Shown here one piece after another: positions 40,566-50,181 of a stretch of 64,000 nt of DNA. The notes below the pieces were generated by a model that worked only from the letters and a program-made list of their open reading frames with translations, ran no database searches and was not told where the DNA came from. The stretch covers positions 81,097 to 145,096 of IMG/VR virus record IMGVR_UViG_3300021138_000002; one strand, written 5' to 3'. Each line of letters begins with the position of its first letter. Within the stretch, counting starts at the first letter, position 1. The stretch is from a virus. The translations under genes and the position numbers were made by a program.

Positions 40566-40948
40566 GAGCTCGAGAATTTGTTACCGAAGGTCAACAAACA
40601 CGTCTGCCGGCCTATACTAGAGATCCGCTGGAGCATGCTTATTTTTTACCAGGCATCCGTAACAACGACAGTTATCGTACCTACAGATTGGGCGCGGCCA
40701 TAGCTCGAGCTCGGGCTGAAAAAGATGGCGGTGCTGATAATTTTCCAGAATGGCACCCTGAAAGTGCTTTTGGCGAAAATTCGGTAGTAATAGGTCCTGA
40801 AGTAGATGTCAAAGATATTGTGACCCGTGCATTAGAAATGACCGGATATGGTGGAGGCCTGGCCAGTGTGGGAAGCCACAAGAGCCACGAACCCGAAAGC
40901 GTAAATCAAACCAGTCCTATGCGACCATTCAAAGGATATGCAAGATAA
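40562..40948 (+). CDS. MRAREF-family protein, copy 3
   Basis: MRAREFVTE...SHEP..NQTSPMRPFKGYAR; ATGA overlap with copy 2. Confidence 0.75.
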   Translation: MRAREFVTEGQQTRLPAYTRDPLEHAYFLPGIRNNDSYRTYRLGAAIARARAEKDGGADNFPEWHPESAFGENSVVIGPEVDVKDIVTRALEMTGYGGGLASVGSHKSHEPESVNQTSPMRPFKGYAR

Positions 40949-41835
40949 TGTGTGTGATCATAGCCCGACATTTTGATACTCACGGCTGGGTGGCGGTGAA
41001 AAATCGCGACCGCAACTACACACCCGAAATATCATTCAATCGTTATCATGATAAAGATACCGGCATAGAACGCCTGTTGTTTGAAGACGATGTCACACAG
41101 TACTCGGAAGGTATCAACAGTCAAGGTGTAGCCATACTGTCGGCCAGCCTCATGGTACAAGATGACGAAAAAGAAGTGACCAAAAGTGCCAAAGAAAAAA
41201 GCCCCGACGGCGAACGCATACGCAGAGCCTTGCTCAAGGCCACAGCATTTGATGCTGCCCGTGAGTGTGCTCGATTGGGACTGACCGGCAACAGCGTTAT
41301 ACTAGATCGAAAAGAACTGTATCTGTTGGAAAGTTGTAAAAATCGTGCCGGACGCTATCGTTATGATTTGAGGAAAATACCCACCGACCAAACCGTGGCC
41401 CGTACCAATCATGGCATATGGTTGCCCTGGGCCGGTTATCAACGTGGCATCGATGAAAGCCAAGATCTCAGCCGTATCAGCAGTGAAGCACGCCGGGTGC
41501 AGGCCGAAATCGTAGTGGAAACTGCACGCACACCTGAAGACATGATCGATGGCCTGTGCAAGATCATGGTGGACAATCCGCAATTGAACGTGATGCGTAC
41601 CAGTACTGAGCGTAAAAAAATGCGTACCACAGCACAAGAAATGGTGATACCTTGGGAAAATACCCTGTTTGTGCGACCGGTAGCCAGCCACATGACTTTT
41701 GATTTTTGGAAACTAAACCAGGCCGACGCCGACACCTGGGTAGAGATACTAAGCAATAGAGCCTTGTACAAAGATATAAGACCCGAGCAGGAACCTCCGT
41801 TTGCTGAGGTAAATACCACTCACAAAGTGGAATAA
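40948..41835 (+). CDS. N-terminal nucleophile (Cys) hydrolase, peptidase C45/NRDE-like
   Basis: Cys at position 2 (MCVII), KNRD, EGINS.GV, RTNH. Confidence 0.7.
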   Translation: MCVIIARHFDTHGWVAVKNRDRNYTPEISFNRYHDKDTGIERLLFEDDVTQYSEGINSQGVAILSASLMVQDDEKEVTKSAKEKSPDGERIRRALLKATAFDAARECARLGLTGNSVILDRKELYLLESCKNRAGRYRYDLRKIPTDQTVARTNHGIWLPWAGYQRGIDESQDLSRISSEARRVQAEIVVETARTPEDMIDGLCKIMVDNPQLNVMRTSTERKKMRTTAQEMVIPWENTLFVRPVASHMTFDFWKLNQADADTWVEILSNRALYKDIRPEQEPPFAEVNTTHKVE

Positions 41836-41851
41836 CAAAAAAGGACCAACC

Positions 41852-42565
41852 ATGAAAAAAATTATCGTATTAGCCGCACTGCTGTTTGCATCAGTTGCAG
41901 CACAGGCACAAATCAATGCCCAGTGCCCACAGTTTACTGTGAACGGCACACCACAATATCAAGCTCACCCAGGTGATCAAGAACTTTGTAAAACCAACTA
42001 TGCTGTGATACATCGTTGTGATGTCAAGGCACCTGTGGCCGTATTTGAACACCTGACTGTGGCCGCTATGTCAGGTCCGGCCAAACGCAAAGACAACTTC
42101 AGACCCGATCCCGGTGTGGCTGCACAGTGCCAGGCACAGTTGGCCGACTATGCCACGGCCGGCAACATCTACGATCGCGGACACATGGCTCCAGCTGGCA
42201 ACAACACACAGAACGATGCCATCATGAGCGAAAGTTTTTTCCTGTCAAACATGGTACCACAAGTGGCCAACAACAACAGAGGTATCTGGAAACAGTTGGA
42301 AACTTGGGAACGTGATTGGGCCAGCAAGGGCGGCGATTTTTATATCATTTCGGGCGGCATTTACAACCCTGGACACAAAACCATCGGTAACGGTGTAGGA
42401 GTTCCTGATGCACTCTACAAGATCATCATCAACAAACAGTCTGGACAAGTGATGGCCTATATGATGCCTAATACTGCACTGCCAGTAGCAGATTTGCCCA
42501 AGTATCAAACCACTATGACTGCTGTAGAACAAGCCACCGGCATGCGTTTTAATTTAGGCAAGTAA
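41852..42565 (+). CDS. DNA/RNA non-specific endonuclease (NucA/EndoG family) with Sec signal peptide
   Basis: DRGHMAP, SFFLSNMVPQ..NRGIW..LE, VP..YK; signal peptide MKKIIVLAALLFASVAAQA. Confidence 0.92.
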   Translation: MKKIIVLAALLFASVAAQAQINAQCPQFTVNGTPQYQAHPGDQELCKTNYAVIHRCDVKAPVAVFEHLTVAAMSGPAKRKDNFRPDPGVAAQCQAQLADYATAGNIYDRGHMAPAGNNTQNDAIMSESFFLSNMVPQVANNNRGIWKQLETWERDWASKGGDFYIISGGIYNPGHKTIGNGVGVPDALYKIIINKQSGQVMAYMMPNTALPVADLPKYQTTMTAVEQATGMRFNLGK

Positions 42566-42588
42566 TACCTGTAGTCATAAATTACAGT

Positions 42589-43734
42589 ATGAATAAAACC
42601 TATTGTGCGGCCCCCTGGCGGGGCTTGCACATCAACCCACGTGGAGATGTCAAAACTTGCTGTGCTGGCAACCCTAACATGCTGGGCAATCTCAACAATC
42701 TGACCATTGAACAAATCTTGAATGGACCTGTGTTGCGTGAAATACAGGACACTGTGCGTCTGGGTCAATTACATGATCAATATTGTAAAAACTGTATCAA
42801 TAGAGAAACCGCTGGCGGCGATAGCGAACGAGTTTGGCACAACACAGTCAATGACAATTTCGCTATTGAGTCTGCTGGAGATTTTGAATTTCCTTCTATC
42901 ATAGACATACGTTGGAACACCACTTGCAATTTGAGTTGTAACTATTGCGATCCTAATGCCAGCTCAAAATGGGCCGGTATATTAAAGCAACCGGTAGTAT
43001 CGGGCACTCGACACTACTATGAACAGGTGTGCAACTACATCAAAAAACACTACAATCAAGTACAAGAAGTTGCCTTGGTTGGCGGCGAACCTTTGTTGTT
43101 GAAAGAAAATGAACGTTTGCTAGATGTGATTCCTGACGATTGCGTGGTCACTATTATTACCAACCTTGCCGCAGATTTGGAAAATAACGCTGTGTTCCAA
43201 AAACTGGCCAAGCGATCCAGAGTAGGATGGAGTATCAGTTTTGAAAATGTTCAAGATCGATTTGAATATGTGCGTTATGGAGCCACATGGCAAAAGCTAC
43301 TGCACAATCTTGATCTAGTGCAGGATCTCATGCGTAATCAAGGACATTGGGGAGGCATACACGCGGTCTACAACTTGTTTACTGCCACAAGGTTGCGTGA
43401 AATCAAAAACTTTAGTCAAGAACGTGGACTAACAATTAAATGGCAAAGTTTACATCATCCGAGCCTGCTAGATCCACGATCATACGGATCAGAAATAGCC
43501 GAGTTGGCCGCAAATGAAATCAAACTCATGTATGAAACCTGTCAAGTTGACGCACTGGATCAACAGTTCTTTGACACAGCCTTGACACATTATCAAAATC
43601 AAACCCAGACCAATCCAGCAACTCTGGAACAACTGGACCAATACATACAGAGATTGGAATCTGAATATCATCCTGATCAAGCCGGGCAATTTGCCGTGTG
43701 CTGGCCCGAACTAGAAAGTTTATTATGGCACTAG
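42589..43734 (+). CDS. Radical SAM protein, type B (N-terminal twitch/SPASM-like Cys cluster)
   Basis: CAAPW..CC..CKNC, then CNLSCNYC, GGEP, FEYVRYG, C-terminal WPEL. Confidence 0.9.
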   Translation: MNKTYCAAPWRGLHINPRGDVKTCCAGNPNMLGNLNNLTIEQILNGPVLREIQDTVRLGQLHDQYCKNCINRETAGGDSERVWHNTVNDNFAIESAGDFEFPSIIDIRWNTTCNLSCNYCDPNASSKWAGILKQPVVSGTRHYYEQVCNYIKKHYNQVQEVALVGGEPLLLKENERLLDVIPDDCVVTIITNLAADLENNAVFQKLAKRSRVGWSISFENVQDRFEYVRYGATWQKLLHNLDLVQDLMRNQGHWGGIHAVYNLFTATRLREIKNFSQERGLTIKWQSLHHPSLLDPRSYGSEIAELAANEIKLMYETCQVDALDQQFFDTALTHYQNQTQTNPATLEQLDQYIQRLESEYHPDQAGQFAVCWPELESLLWH

Positions 43735-45290
43735 ACGAAAATACTCTGATCAAGGCTCCGTATCGGCGACAATCATTTACTGAACAACAGTTGACCGAGT
43801 TTGTGGCTTGTGCCGATCCGGTGACTGGTCCTGAATACTTCATGGATCATTTCTTTCATATACAGCACCCAACCAAGGGCAAAATGCTGTATCATCCTTT
43901 TGACTATCAAAAACGCCTGATACATACCTATCACAACTATAGATTCAGCATCAGCATGATGCCCAGACAGACCGGTAAAAGTACCAGTGCTGCTGGATAC
44001 CTGTTATGGATGGCCATGTTCCATCCAGACAGTACCATCCTGATCGCCGCGCACAAATATACTGGCTCACAAGAGATCATGCAACGTATCCGTTATGCCT
44101 ACGAGCTGTGTCCGGATCATATTCGTGCCGGAGTGACCAGCTACAACAAAGGTAATCTGGATTTTGAAAACGGGTCAAGGATAGTATCGACCACCACAAC
44201 TGAAAACACCGGCCGGGGTATGAGTATATCCTTGCTATACTGTGACGAGTTTGCGTTTGTGCGACCCACCATAGCCAAAGAATTCTGGACATCCATAAGC
44301 CCTACCTTGGCCACTGGTGGTAAGGCTATTATCACAAGCACACCAAACAGCGACGAAGATCAGTTTGCATTATTGTGGAAAGGTGCCAACCGGTGTGAAG
44401 ATGAGTATGGCAATCCCACAGAAATTGGCATCAACGGATTTAGAGCCTATCGTAGTTACTGGAACGAACATCCAGATAGAGATGAACGTTGGGCCTCAGA
44501 ACAGCGAGCACAACTGGGCGATGATAGATTCCGTCGTGAAATGGGTTGCGAATTTATTTTAGCTGATGAATCTTTGATTGCTCCGGCCAAATTGATAGAA
44601 CTAGTGGGAATTGAGCCAGTGAATAGAACAGGTCAAGTAAGATGGTTCCAAAATCCAAAGGCTGGAAGAATATATGTGGTGGCGCTTGATCCAAGCCTTG
44701 GAACCGGAGGGGATAACGCTGCTATACAAATTTTTGAAGCTAATACCACTACACAAATTGGAGAATGGAAACATAATCGAACTACAATTCCAGAACAGGT
44801 TAAAATTTTAGCAGATATATGTAAGTATATCAATTCTTTTGTAAATGCTCCAGAAAATATTTACTACAGTGTGGAAAACAACACCATTGGCGAGGCAGTT
44901 CTTATCTCTATTGCACAATACGGTGAAGAAAACATACAAGGATACTTTCTTAGCGAAAGTGGAAAAAATAACGGAAGACGATATCGTAAAGGATTTAACA
45001 CGACGCCTAAAAGCAAGATCACAGCCTGCTCAAAATTAAAAACTCTTATTGAAACAAATAGAATGAAACTACGATCTTCGGCACTCATTGGCGAATTAAA
45101 AACTTTCGTAGCACACGGTGTATCTTATGCGGCCAAACCAGGAGAAAATGACGATTTAGTAATGGCGACTATTTTGGCAGTTTGTATGATGCAACTTTTA
45201 CAAAATTATCACACAGAGATGGATACGCAAATGAGAGATCACGGAGACATTGTGATCCCACCAATGCCGTTCATATCAACAATACGCTAA
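43725..45290 (+). CDS. terL: Terminase large subunit (T4 gp17-like; start probably 43725)
   Basis: PRQTGKS Walker A, LLYCDEFAF Walker B, ITSTPN; nuclease motifs VALDP, VENN, DDLVMA. Confidence 0.95.
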   Translation: MALDENTLIKAPYRRQSFTEQQLTEFVACADPVTGPEYFMDHFFHIQHPTKGKMLYHPFDYQKRLIHTYHNYRFSISMMPRQTGKSTSAAGYLLWMAMFHPDSTILIAAHKYTGSQEIMQRIRYAYELCPDHIRAGVTSYNKGNLDFENGSRIVSTTTTENTGRGMSISLLYCDEFAFVRPTIAKEFWTSISPTLATGGKAIITSTPNSDEDQFALLWKGANRCEDEYGNPTEIGINGFRAYRSYWNEHPDRDERWASEQRAQLGDDRFRREMGCEFILADESLIAPAKLIELVGIEPVNRTGQVRWFQNPKAGRIYVVALDPSLGTGGDNAAIQIFEANTTTQIGEWKHNRTTIPEQVKILADICKYINSFVNAPENIYYSVENNTIGEAVLISIAQYGEENIQGYFLSESGKNNGRRYRKGFNTTPKSKITACSKLKTLIETNRMKLRSSALIGELKTFVAHGVSYAAKPGENDDLVMATILAVCMMQLLQNYHTEMDTQMRDHGDIVIPPMPFISTIR

Positions 45291-45300
45291 ATACAACACC

Positions 45301-47634
45301 ATGGCAAAAGAAACCACAGAAAAAAAACTTTACGATCTACTGGCAACTAGAGATTACGACAACTTCCAGGCCCTCGACAGCCGCACGGGAAAAACACCGG
45401 TCAATCCAGAAACTGGTGCACAAGATGTTAGTCGAGCTGACATGTTTACCTTTGACTGGAGCTCCAGCCGTGGTAAAAACTACGGCACAGCAGTGATCCT
45501 GCTCACACCCGAACACGACCTTGAATTGTACTTTGGCGATAATCTGGGCAAAACCATGGAAGACACTGAAGACAAAAACGAGTGGTTTGCGTTCATGGAA
45601 CAGCTGAGACACTTTGCTACAAGAACAAACTTCAACGGATTTAGACCGTTAAATATCAATCAACTGAGACACAGCCTGCAAGGACAGGCTGCGATCAAAG
45701 AAGGCCTGTTTGAATCGTGGCAAGGACGTCGAAACATGAGCTGGAGTGCGGGTCCTACCGAAGCCAGACTCATGATCCGTCACAAACGCGATCTTGATGA
45801 GGCTGATGCACGCCATCTTTATATCGAAAGCCTGTTTATCGAAACGGTAGAAGGTGAGCGTTACAAGTTGCCATTTACTAAATTAGCTGGTGGTAGAGCC
45901 ATGCTGGAACATGTACGCCAAGGTGGCAAGCCCTATGACATTCGCGGTCAACACATTGTAGACATAGTGGAAGAACTCAATGTACTGGGCCGATTTGAAC
46001 GCGGTGTTGCCAGAGAAACAGTGTTGGAAGGAGATACAGCTCAGCTGGTGTCAGAAGCTGCAGAATATCGCAACACACTCAAGACCAGTCTCAAACGTCT
46101 TGGCACCGGCCGTGGATATGCCGAATATTTTGAATCATGGAATCCCATAGACCTTACCGAACAGGATGTGGTAATTGAAAGTTTGAAACACATGTTTGTC
46201 AAACAGACATTGGATGCAAGAATTGAGCAGGCCTTACCTGTGCTGGCTCGTATACAACAACAAGGAAACGCTATGAAAGAAGCCAACATATTTGAAGCCT
46301 GGGCCAATCGCCTGGTAGAAGGAACCTGGAGCACACCGGACACTCCAGAAGCTCAAAAGAAACTGTTAGATTTTATGAGTCGAGAACAACCGGTGGGCGC
46401 CGATGCCACTGACGCCACCGAGCAACTGTATGATTTGTTGGGTGACGATGAGCTATTTGATCAGCTGGATGCACTGGCACAAGAAGATCCTAATGCTGAC
46501 TGTCGTCAACTGGTACTTGATCGCATGCAAGAACTCGGCGACCATCCTGATGTGCGTGCTGTACTTGACCAATTAAACATTGATGCTGATGCCGAAATGA
46601 ATCCGCCTGAGAGCTTGCCAGCTGACTTGGACAATCAAGAACAAGACATGGCCGAAGCAGGATACGCTAGCCGACACCCACGAACTGGCGGTATTGCCGG
46701 CGGTCGAGACGAGTGGGCTCAAATGGCTGGAGGCAAAAAACAAGGTGATACTTTGGCTGGAAGGAGAAAACCCGGACACGAAGTTGCCCATGGTCAAGCA
46801 CTGGGGTGGAAAGATCACGATGAAAAAACCGAGCAAGGCAAACTCAAAGCTGCGTTAAAAGCCAAGATGGGTATAGCAGAAGATGCAGTCAACTCTTTAC
46901 GCAGAGCCGCCGGACTAACAGAAAATGTGTTGCGTGATAGTACCGGCAGTACCTTGGATCATATCGCTGATACATTTAAACGTGATATTCGAGATTTTGA
47001 AGAAACCGGTAATCTCAGCGAAGAATTATATGATGCATTGTACGACTACTACCAAGATGACATGCCATACGGTGTTCAAAAAGCTCGTACCGGTGACCCA
47101 CATCAGTGGATCGCAGATAGAATCACTCAAGACTTAGGGTTACAATCAACCAGTCTAAGCCCATGGGAACAGTTCAAATTACGCAACAATGCGGCTCGTG
47201 ACCAAGCAGGTATGGAACCCAATCCGGATTTCCAAGAAGAACGTGATCCACATTCGGTAGATGGTGGCATGGCGAATGATCTGTTACAAGACAACGTCGC
47301 TGGTCGAGTTGCCGGATCTATCGCCGGAGCAGAATTGGGACCGATAGGATCGGCCATTGGCGGAGCCATTGGTGATGAACTTACTGACGAAGCTGTATGC
47401 AACATGAGCGAAGCCGGTGAACCGTGTCCGGTACATGGCCTAGAAGAGTGCTGGGGTAGTTCAATGCCCGTTACCAACGAAGAAGGATTTGGACTGAACC
47501 CAACTCCGGCCGCCATGGAAGAAAAGTCACCGTTGGCTGGTATCTATGGTCATTCAGGCAAAATGAAGGAAGTGGGCAAAGACACCAGTTGGTTGGATCG
47601 CCTAAAAGAGCTTTCTGGCATGGCCCGTTCATAA
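45301..47634 (+). CDS. Large probable head-core/scaffold-associated protein (777 aa) with modular acidic C-terminal half
   Basis: Late promoter; Glu-bounded modules; LRRAAGL and LKELSGM motifs; CPVHG..C. Confidence 0.5.
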   Translation: MAKETTEKKLYDLLATRDYDNFQALDSRTGKTPVNPETGAQDVSRADMFTFDWSSSRGKNYGTAVILLTPEHDLELYFGDNLGKTMEDTEDKNEWFAFMEQLRHFATRTNFNGFRPLNINQLRHSLQGQAAIKEGLFESWQGRRNMSWSAGPTEARLMIRHKRDLDEADARHLYIESLFIETVEGERYKLPFTKLAGGRAMLEHVRQGGKPYDIRGQHIVDIVEELNVLGRFERGVARETVLEGDTAQLVSEAAEYRNTLKTSLKRLGTGRGYAEYFESWNPIDLTEQDVVIESLKHMFVKQTLDARIEQALPVLARIQQQGNAMKEANIFEAWANRLVEGTWSTPDTPEAQKKLLDFMSREQPVGADATDATEQLYDLLGDDELFDQLDALAQEDPNADCRQLVLDRMQELGDHPDVRAVLDQLNIDADAEMNPPESLPADLDNQEQDMAEAGYASRHPRTGGIAGGRDEWAQMAGGKKQGDTLAGRRKPGHEVAHGQALGWKDHDEKTEQGKLKAALKAKMGIAEDAVNSLRRAAGLTENVLRDSTGSTLDHIADTFKRDIRDFEETGNLSEELYDALYDYYQDDMPYGVQKARTGDPHQWIADRITQDLGLQSTSLSPWEQFKLRNNAARDQAGMEPNPDFQEERDPHSVDGGMANDLLQDNVAGRVAGSIAGAELGPIGSAIGGAIGDELTDEAVCNMSEAGEPCPVHGLEECWGSSMPVTNEEGFGLNPTPAAMEEKSPLAGIYGHSGKMKEVGKDTSWLDRLKELSGMARS

Positions 47635-47640
47635 ATATTC

Positions 47641-47682
47641 TTGTAATAAACTAGAACGCATGCTATAGTAACACATGCGTTC
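47641..47682 (+). promoter_or_regulatory. Sigma70-type promoter TTGTAA-17-TATAGT with a 9-bp inverted repeat flanking the -10
   Basis: GAACGCATG (47654-47662) and CATGCGTTC (47674-47682). Confidence 0.6.
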
Positions 47683-47710
47683 AACAGGCAACAGAGATAG
47701 GCAACAACAA

Positions 47711-48448
47711 ATGCAACCATATACATACTTTATTCGATGGACCAAATTAAACATCAACTACTATGGTGTTAGATACGCACAAGATTGCGATCCAACTGAC
47801 CTTTGGAATCCATACAAAACCTCATCAAAACATGTGGCCGAGTTTATTGCCAAATACGGTGAACCCGATGTTATCCAGGTAAGAAAAACTTTTAATGATA
47901 CTCAAGCGGCCCGGTTGTGGGAAAATCGTGTATTGAAACGCATGAAGGTAGTCGGGAATGATAAGTGGTTGAATCAAACAGATAATAAATCCATTGCTCC
48001 ACAATACGGAGAAGACCATCCGCATTATGGTAAAAAGGGCGAGGCCCATCATTGCTATGGTAAACCAAATCCTGGAGCTTCTAAAGCACAAAAACAAAAA
48101 TGGGCCAACTTCATTGGTCCGCATCCTTGGAGTGATCCAGAATTCATAGCTCGCAATGTAGCAAGTAAACTTGGTGATCGCCATCACATGAAACAGCCAA
48201 AGGTAGTAGAAAAGGTATCTGGTAAAAATAATTGGATCTATCAAAAACCCGGGGCACTCGAAGCAAGAAGAAAACAGTTTATAGAAATGAACAAAGCTCG
48301 CAAAGGCACTCATTATCGTAGACTTTGTTGTGAGCATTGTGGAAAAGATTATTCTTCCGTCCAAATTAAACAACATCAAAAACGATGTGAGATGAATTTA
48401 ACCAGTTTAGTAGCAAACACTGACAGCAGAGTGTATAATCAGCTGTAA
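47711..48448 (+). CDS. GIY-YIG-type homing endonuclease with C-terminal Zn finger (start 47711 or 47675)
   Basis: PYTY..YYGVR..YKTSS..WE.RVL..WLN; CEHC..H..C. Confidence 0.8.
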   Translation: MQPYTYFIRWTKLNINYYGVRYAQDCDPTDLWNPYKTSSKHVAEFIAKYGEPDVIQVRKTFNDTQAARLWENRVLKRMKVVGNDKWLNQTDNKSIAPQYGEDHPHYGKKGEAHHCYGKPNPGASKAQKQKWANFIGPHPWSDPEFIARNVASKLGDRHHMKQPKVVEKVSGKNNWIYQKPGALEARRKQFIEMNKARKGTHYRRLCCEHCGKDYSSVQIKQHQKRCEMNLTSLVANTDSRVYNQL

Positions 48449-48508
48449 GGCAACATTTAAGGCAATCTTAAATCAACATTTTAAATCAACTTAGAAAGGC
48501 AACATAAA
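48411..48508 (+). promoter_or_regulatory. gp32 promoter (TAGCAA-17-TATAAT) and A-rich repeated leader
   Basis: AGGCAA x3 and TTAAATCAAC x2 precede ATG 48509. Confidence 0.6.
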
Positions 48509-49522
48509 ATGGCTAGCTTATCAGAAATTCGTGCCCGTTTAGCGGCATCAGAAAACAAACCCGGTACAGGTGGATCCGGTGGTGGAGATGGATCAATTTA
48601 TCCTCATTGGAATATGTCAGAAGGTGAAAGCGCCACTGTACGCTTCTTACCCGATGGTAACAGCAAAAACACATTCTTTTGGGCCGAACGACAATTACTT
48701 CGTTTGCCATTCAACGGCATCAAAGGCGAGATGGACTCAAAACAGGTCTACGTGCAAGTGCCTTGTATGGAAATGTGGCAAGAAACTTGCCCAGTGCTTA
48801 CCGAAGTACGCACTTGGTTCAAAGACAAAAGCCTAGAAGAAATGGGTCGTAAGTATTGGAAAAAACGTTCATACATTTTCCAAGGCTTTGTGCGTGACAA
48901 TCCCTTGGCCGATGATAAAACACCAGCCAACCCAATTCGTAGATTTATCATTGGACCTCAGATCTTTGCTATCATCAAAGGTGCCCTGATGGATCCAGAA
49001 TTGGAAGAATTACCAACAGACTTGATGCGTGGCTTGAATTTTACTATCAGCAAAACAGCCAAAGGTGGATTTGCTGACTACAACACTAGCAAGTGGGCTC
49101 GTAAAGAATCTGCCTTGACCGAAGCCGAACAGGCAGCCATTGCCGAACACGGCCTGTATGATCTTGGATCATTTTTGCCCAAAAAGCCAACCGAAGCCGA
49201 AATCAAGGTCATCAAAGAAATGTTTGAAGCATCGGTAGATGGTCAGAGCTATGATATCGAACGTTGGGGTGCATACTTCAGACCAGCAGGTGTAGCAGCT
49301 CCAGCCGGTGCCACACCCGCAGTAGATGATGACGCTCCGGCACCAGTGGTTAAAACACAGGCATCAGGTTATGTGGCACCAAATTCTGGTGCAGTAGCCA
49401 GCGACATCGATGAAGATGACGAACCAGCAGTGGCCACAACACCGGTAGTTGCCAAAGCACCTGCTGGTAACACCCAGGACATCTTGGCCATGATCCGGAG
49501 TCGTCAAAAAACCACTAACTAA
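48509..49522 (+). CDS. gp32: Single-stranded DNA-binding protein (T4 gp32-like)
   Basis: VRFLP, CPV, KYWKKRSY, G.ADY..S.W; acidic Ala/Pro-rich tail. Confidence 0.9.
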   Translation: MASLSEIRARLAASENKPGTGGSGGGDGSIYPHWNMSEGESATVRFLPDGNSKNTFFWAERQLLRLPFNGIKGEMDSKQVYVQVPCMEMWQETCPVLTEVRTWFKDKSLEEMGRKYWKKRSYIFQGFVRDNPLADDKTPANPIRRFIIGPQIFAIIKGALMDPELEELPTDLMRGLNFTISKTAKGGFADYNTSKWARKESALTEAEQAAIAEHGLYDLGSFLPKKPTEAEIKVIKEMFEASVDGQSYDIERWGAYFRPAGVAAPAGATPAVDDDAPAPVVKTQASGYVAPNSGAVASDIDEDDEPAVATTPVVAKAPAGNTQDILAMIRSRQKTTN

Positions 49523-50181
49523 TGTTATCGTATTTAGATCACATTATATTCCCAGACCGCTGTGAGGTAATAGAAGTTGTACCGTCACAGCGGTATGTGT
49601 ATCCAATTTTCAAAAATGGTAGATCAAGTTTATCTATCACTGCTGAAGAAAATAACTGGCGAATAAAAATAAACGATCAAATTAAAAAAATTAACAGTAT
49701 TGATGTAATTTTGAGAGATCCACAGGATAGATTGATTTCAGGAATCAATACATTCATACAGCATACGATCAGGGACAATCCTGGGCTTGATCACAGCACA
49801 GTAGAATGGTTTGCGTTAAATTATTTGTATCTAAATCGACATTATTGCCCACAATTTTTATGGTTAATAAATTTGTCAAGATATTTGAATGCAGATGCAA
49901 CATTGAATTTTTTACCAATGACAGCCGTTGATACCATTACAACTCTCAACACAAAACCAAGAGGTATTGAACCGGCGACCAACAGATTGATCACTCAAGT
50001 CGGCCAGATAAAAAACAACGAAATGTATCATCGAATAGACTGCGTGTTAGTCGGTTGCATTGGTCGATCAATGAGCTTTGATCATCTCATGCAACATATA
50101 AAAACTACCGACCCTGAGGCATATGATTATGTGGTTGGGCACGCACAAAAAATTTTAAATCCAACCTATGCATTGTCCTAG
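49522..50181 (+). CDS. Sulfotransferase-family-2-like protein
   Basis: IFKNGRSS, LRDP.DRLISG and RHYCPQ match degenerate PAPS-binding motifs. Confidence 0.5.
   Translation: MLSYLDHIIFPDRCEVIEVVPSQRYVYPIFKNGRSSLSITAEENNWRIKINDQIKKINSIDVILRDPQDRLISGINTFIQHTIRDNPGLDHSTVEWFALNYLYLNRHYCPQFLWLINLSRYLNADATLNFLPMTAVDTITTLNTKPRGIEPATNRLITQVGQIKNNEMYHRIDCVLVGCIGRSMSFDHLMQHIKTTDPEAYDYVVGHAQKILNPTYALS

Noticed and set aside
43725-45290. Intein or intron in terL (also considered for uvsX and uvsW)
   Set aside because: Lengths are normal, motifs are contiguous and no splicing motifs are evident.
47825-48379. 184-aa antisense ORF inside the endonuclease gene
   Set aside because: Phe/Ile-rich shadow of an A-rich sense strand, with no expression signals.
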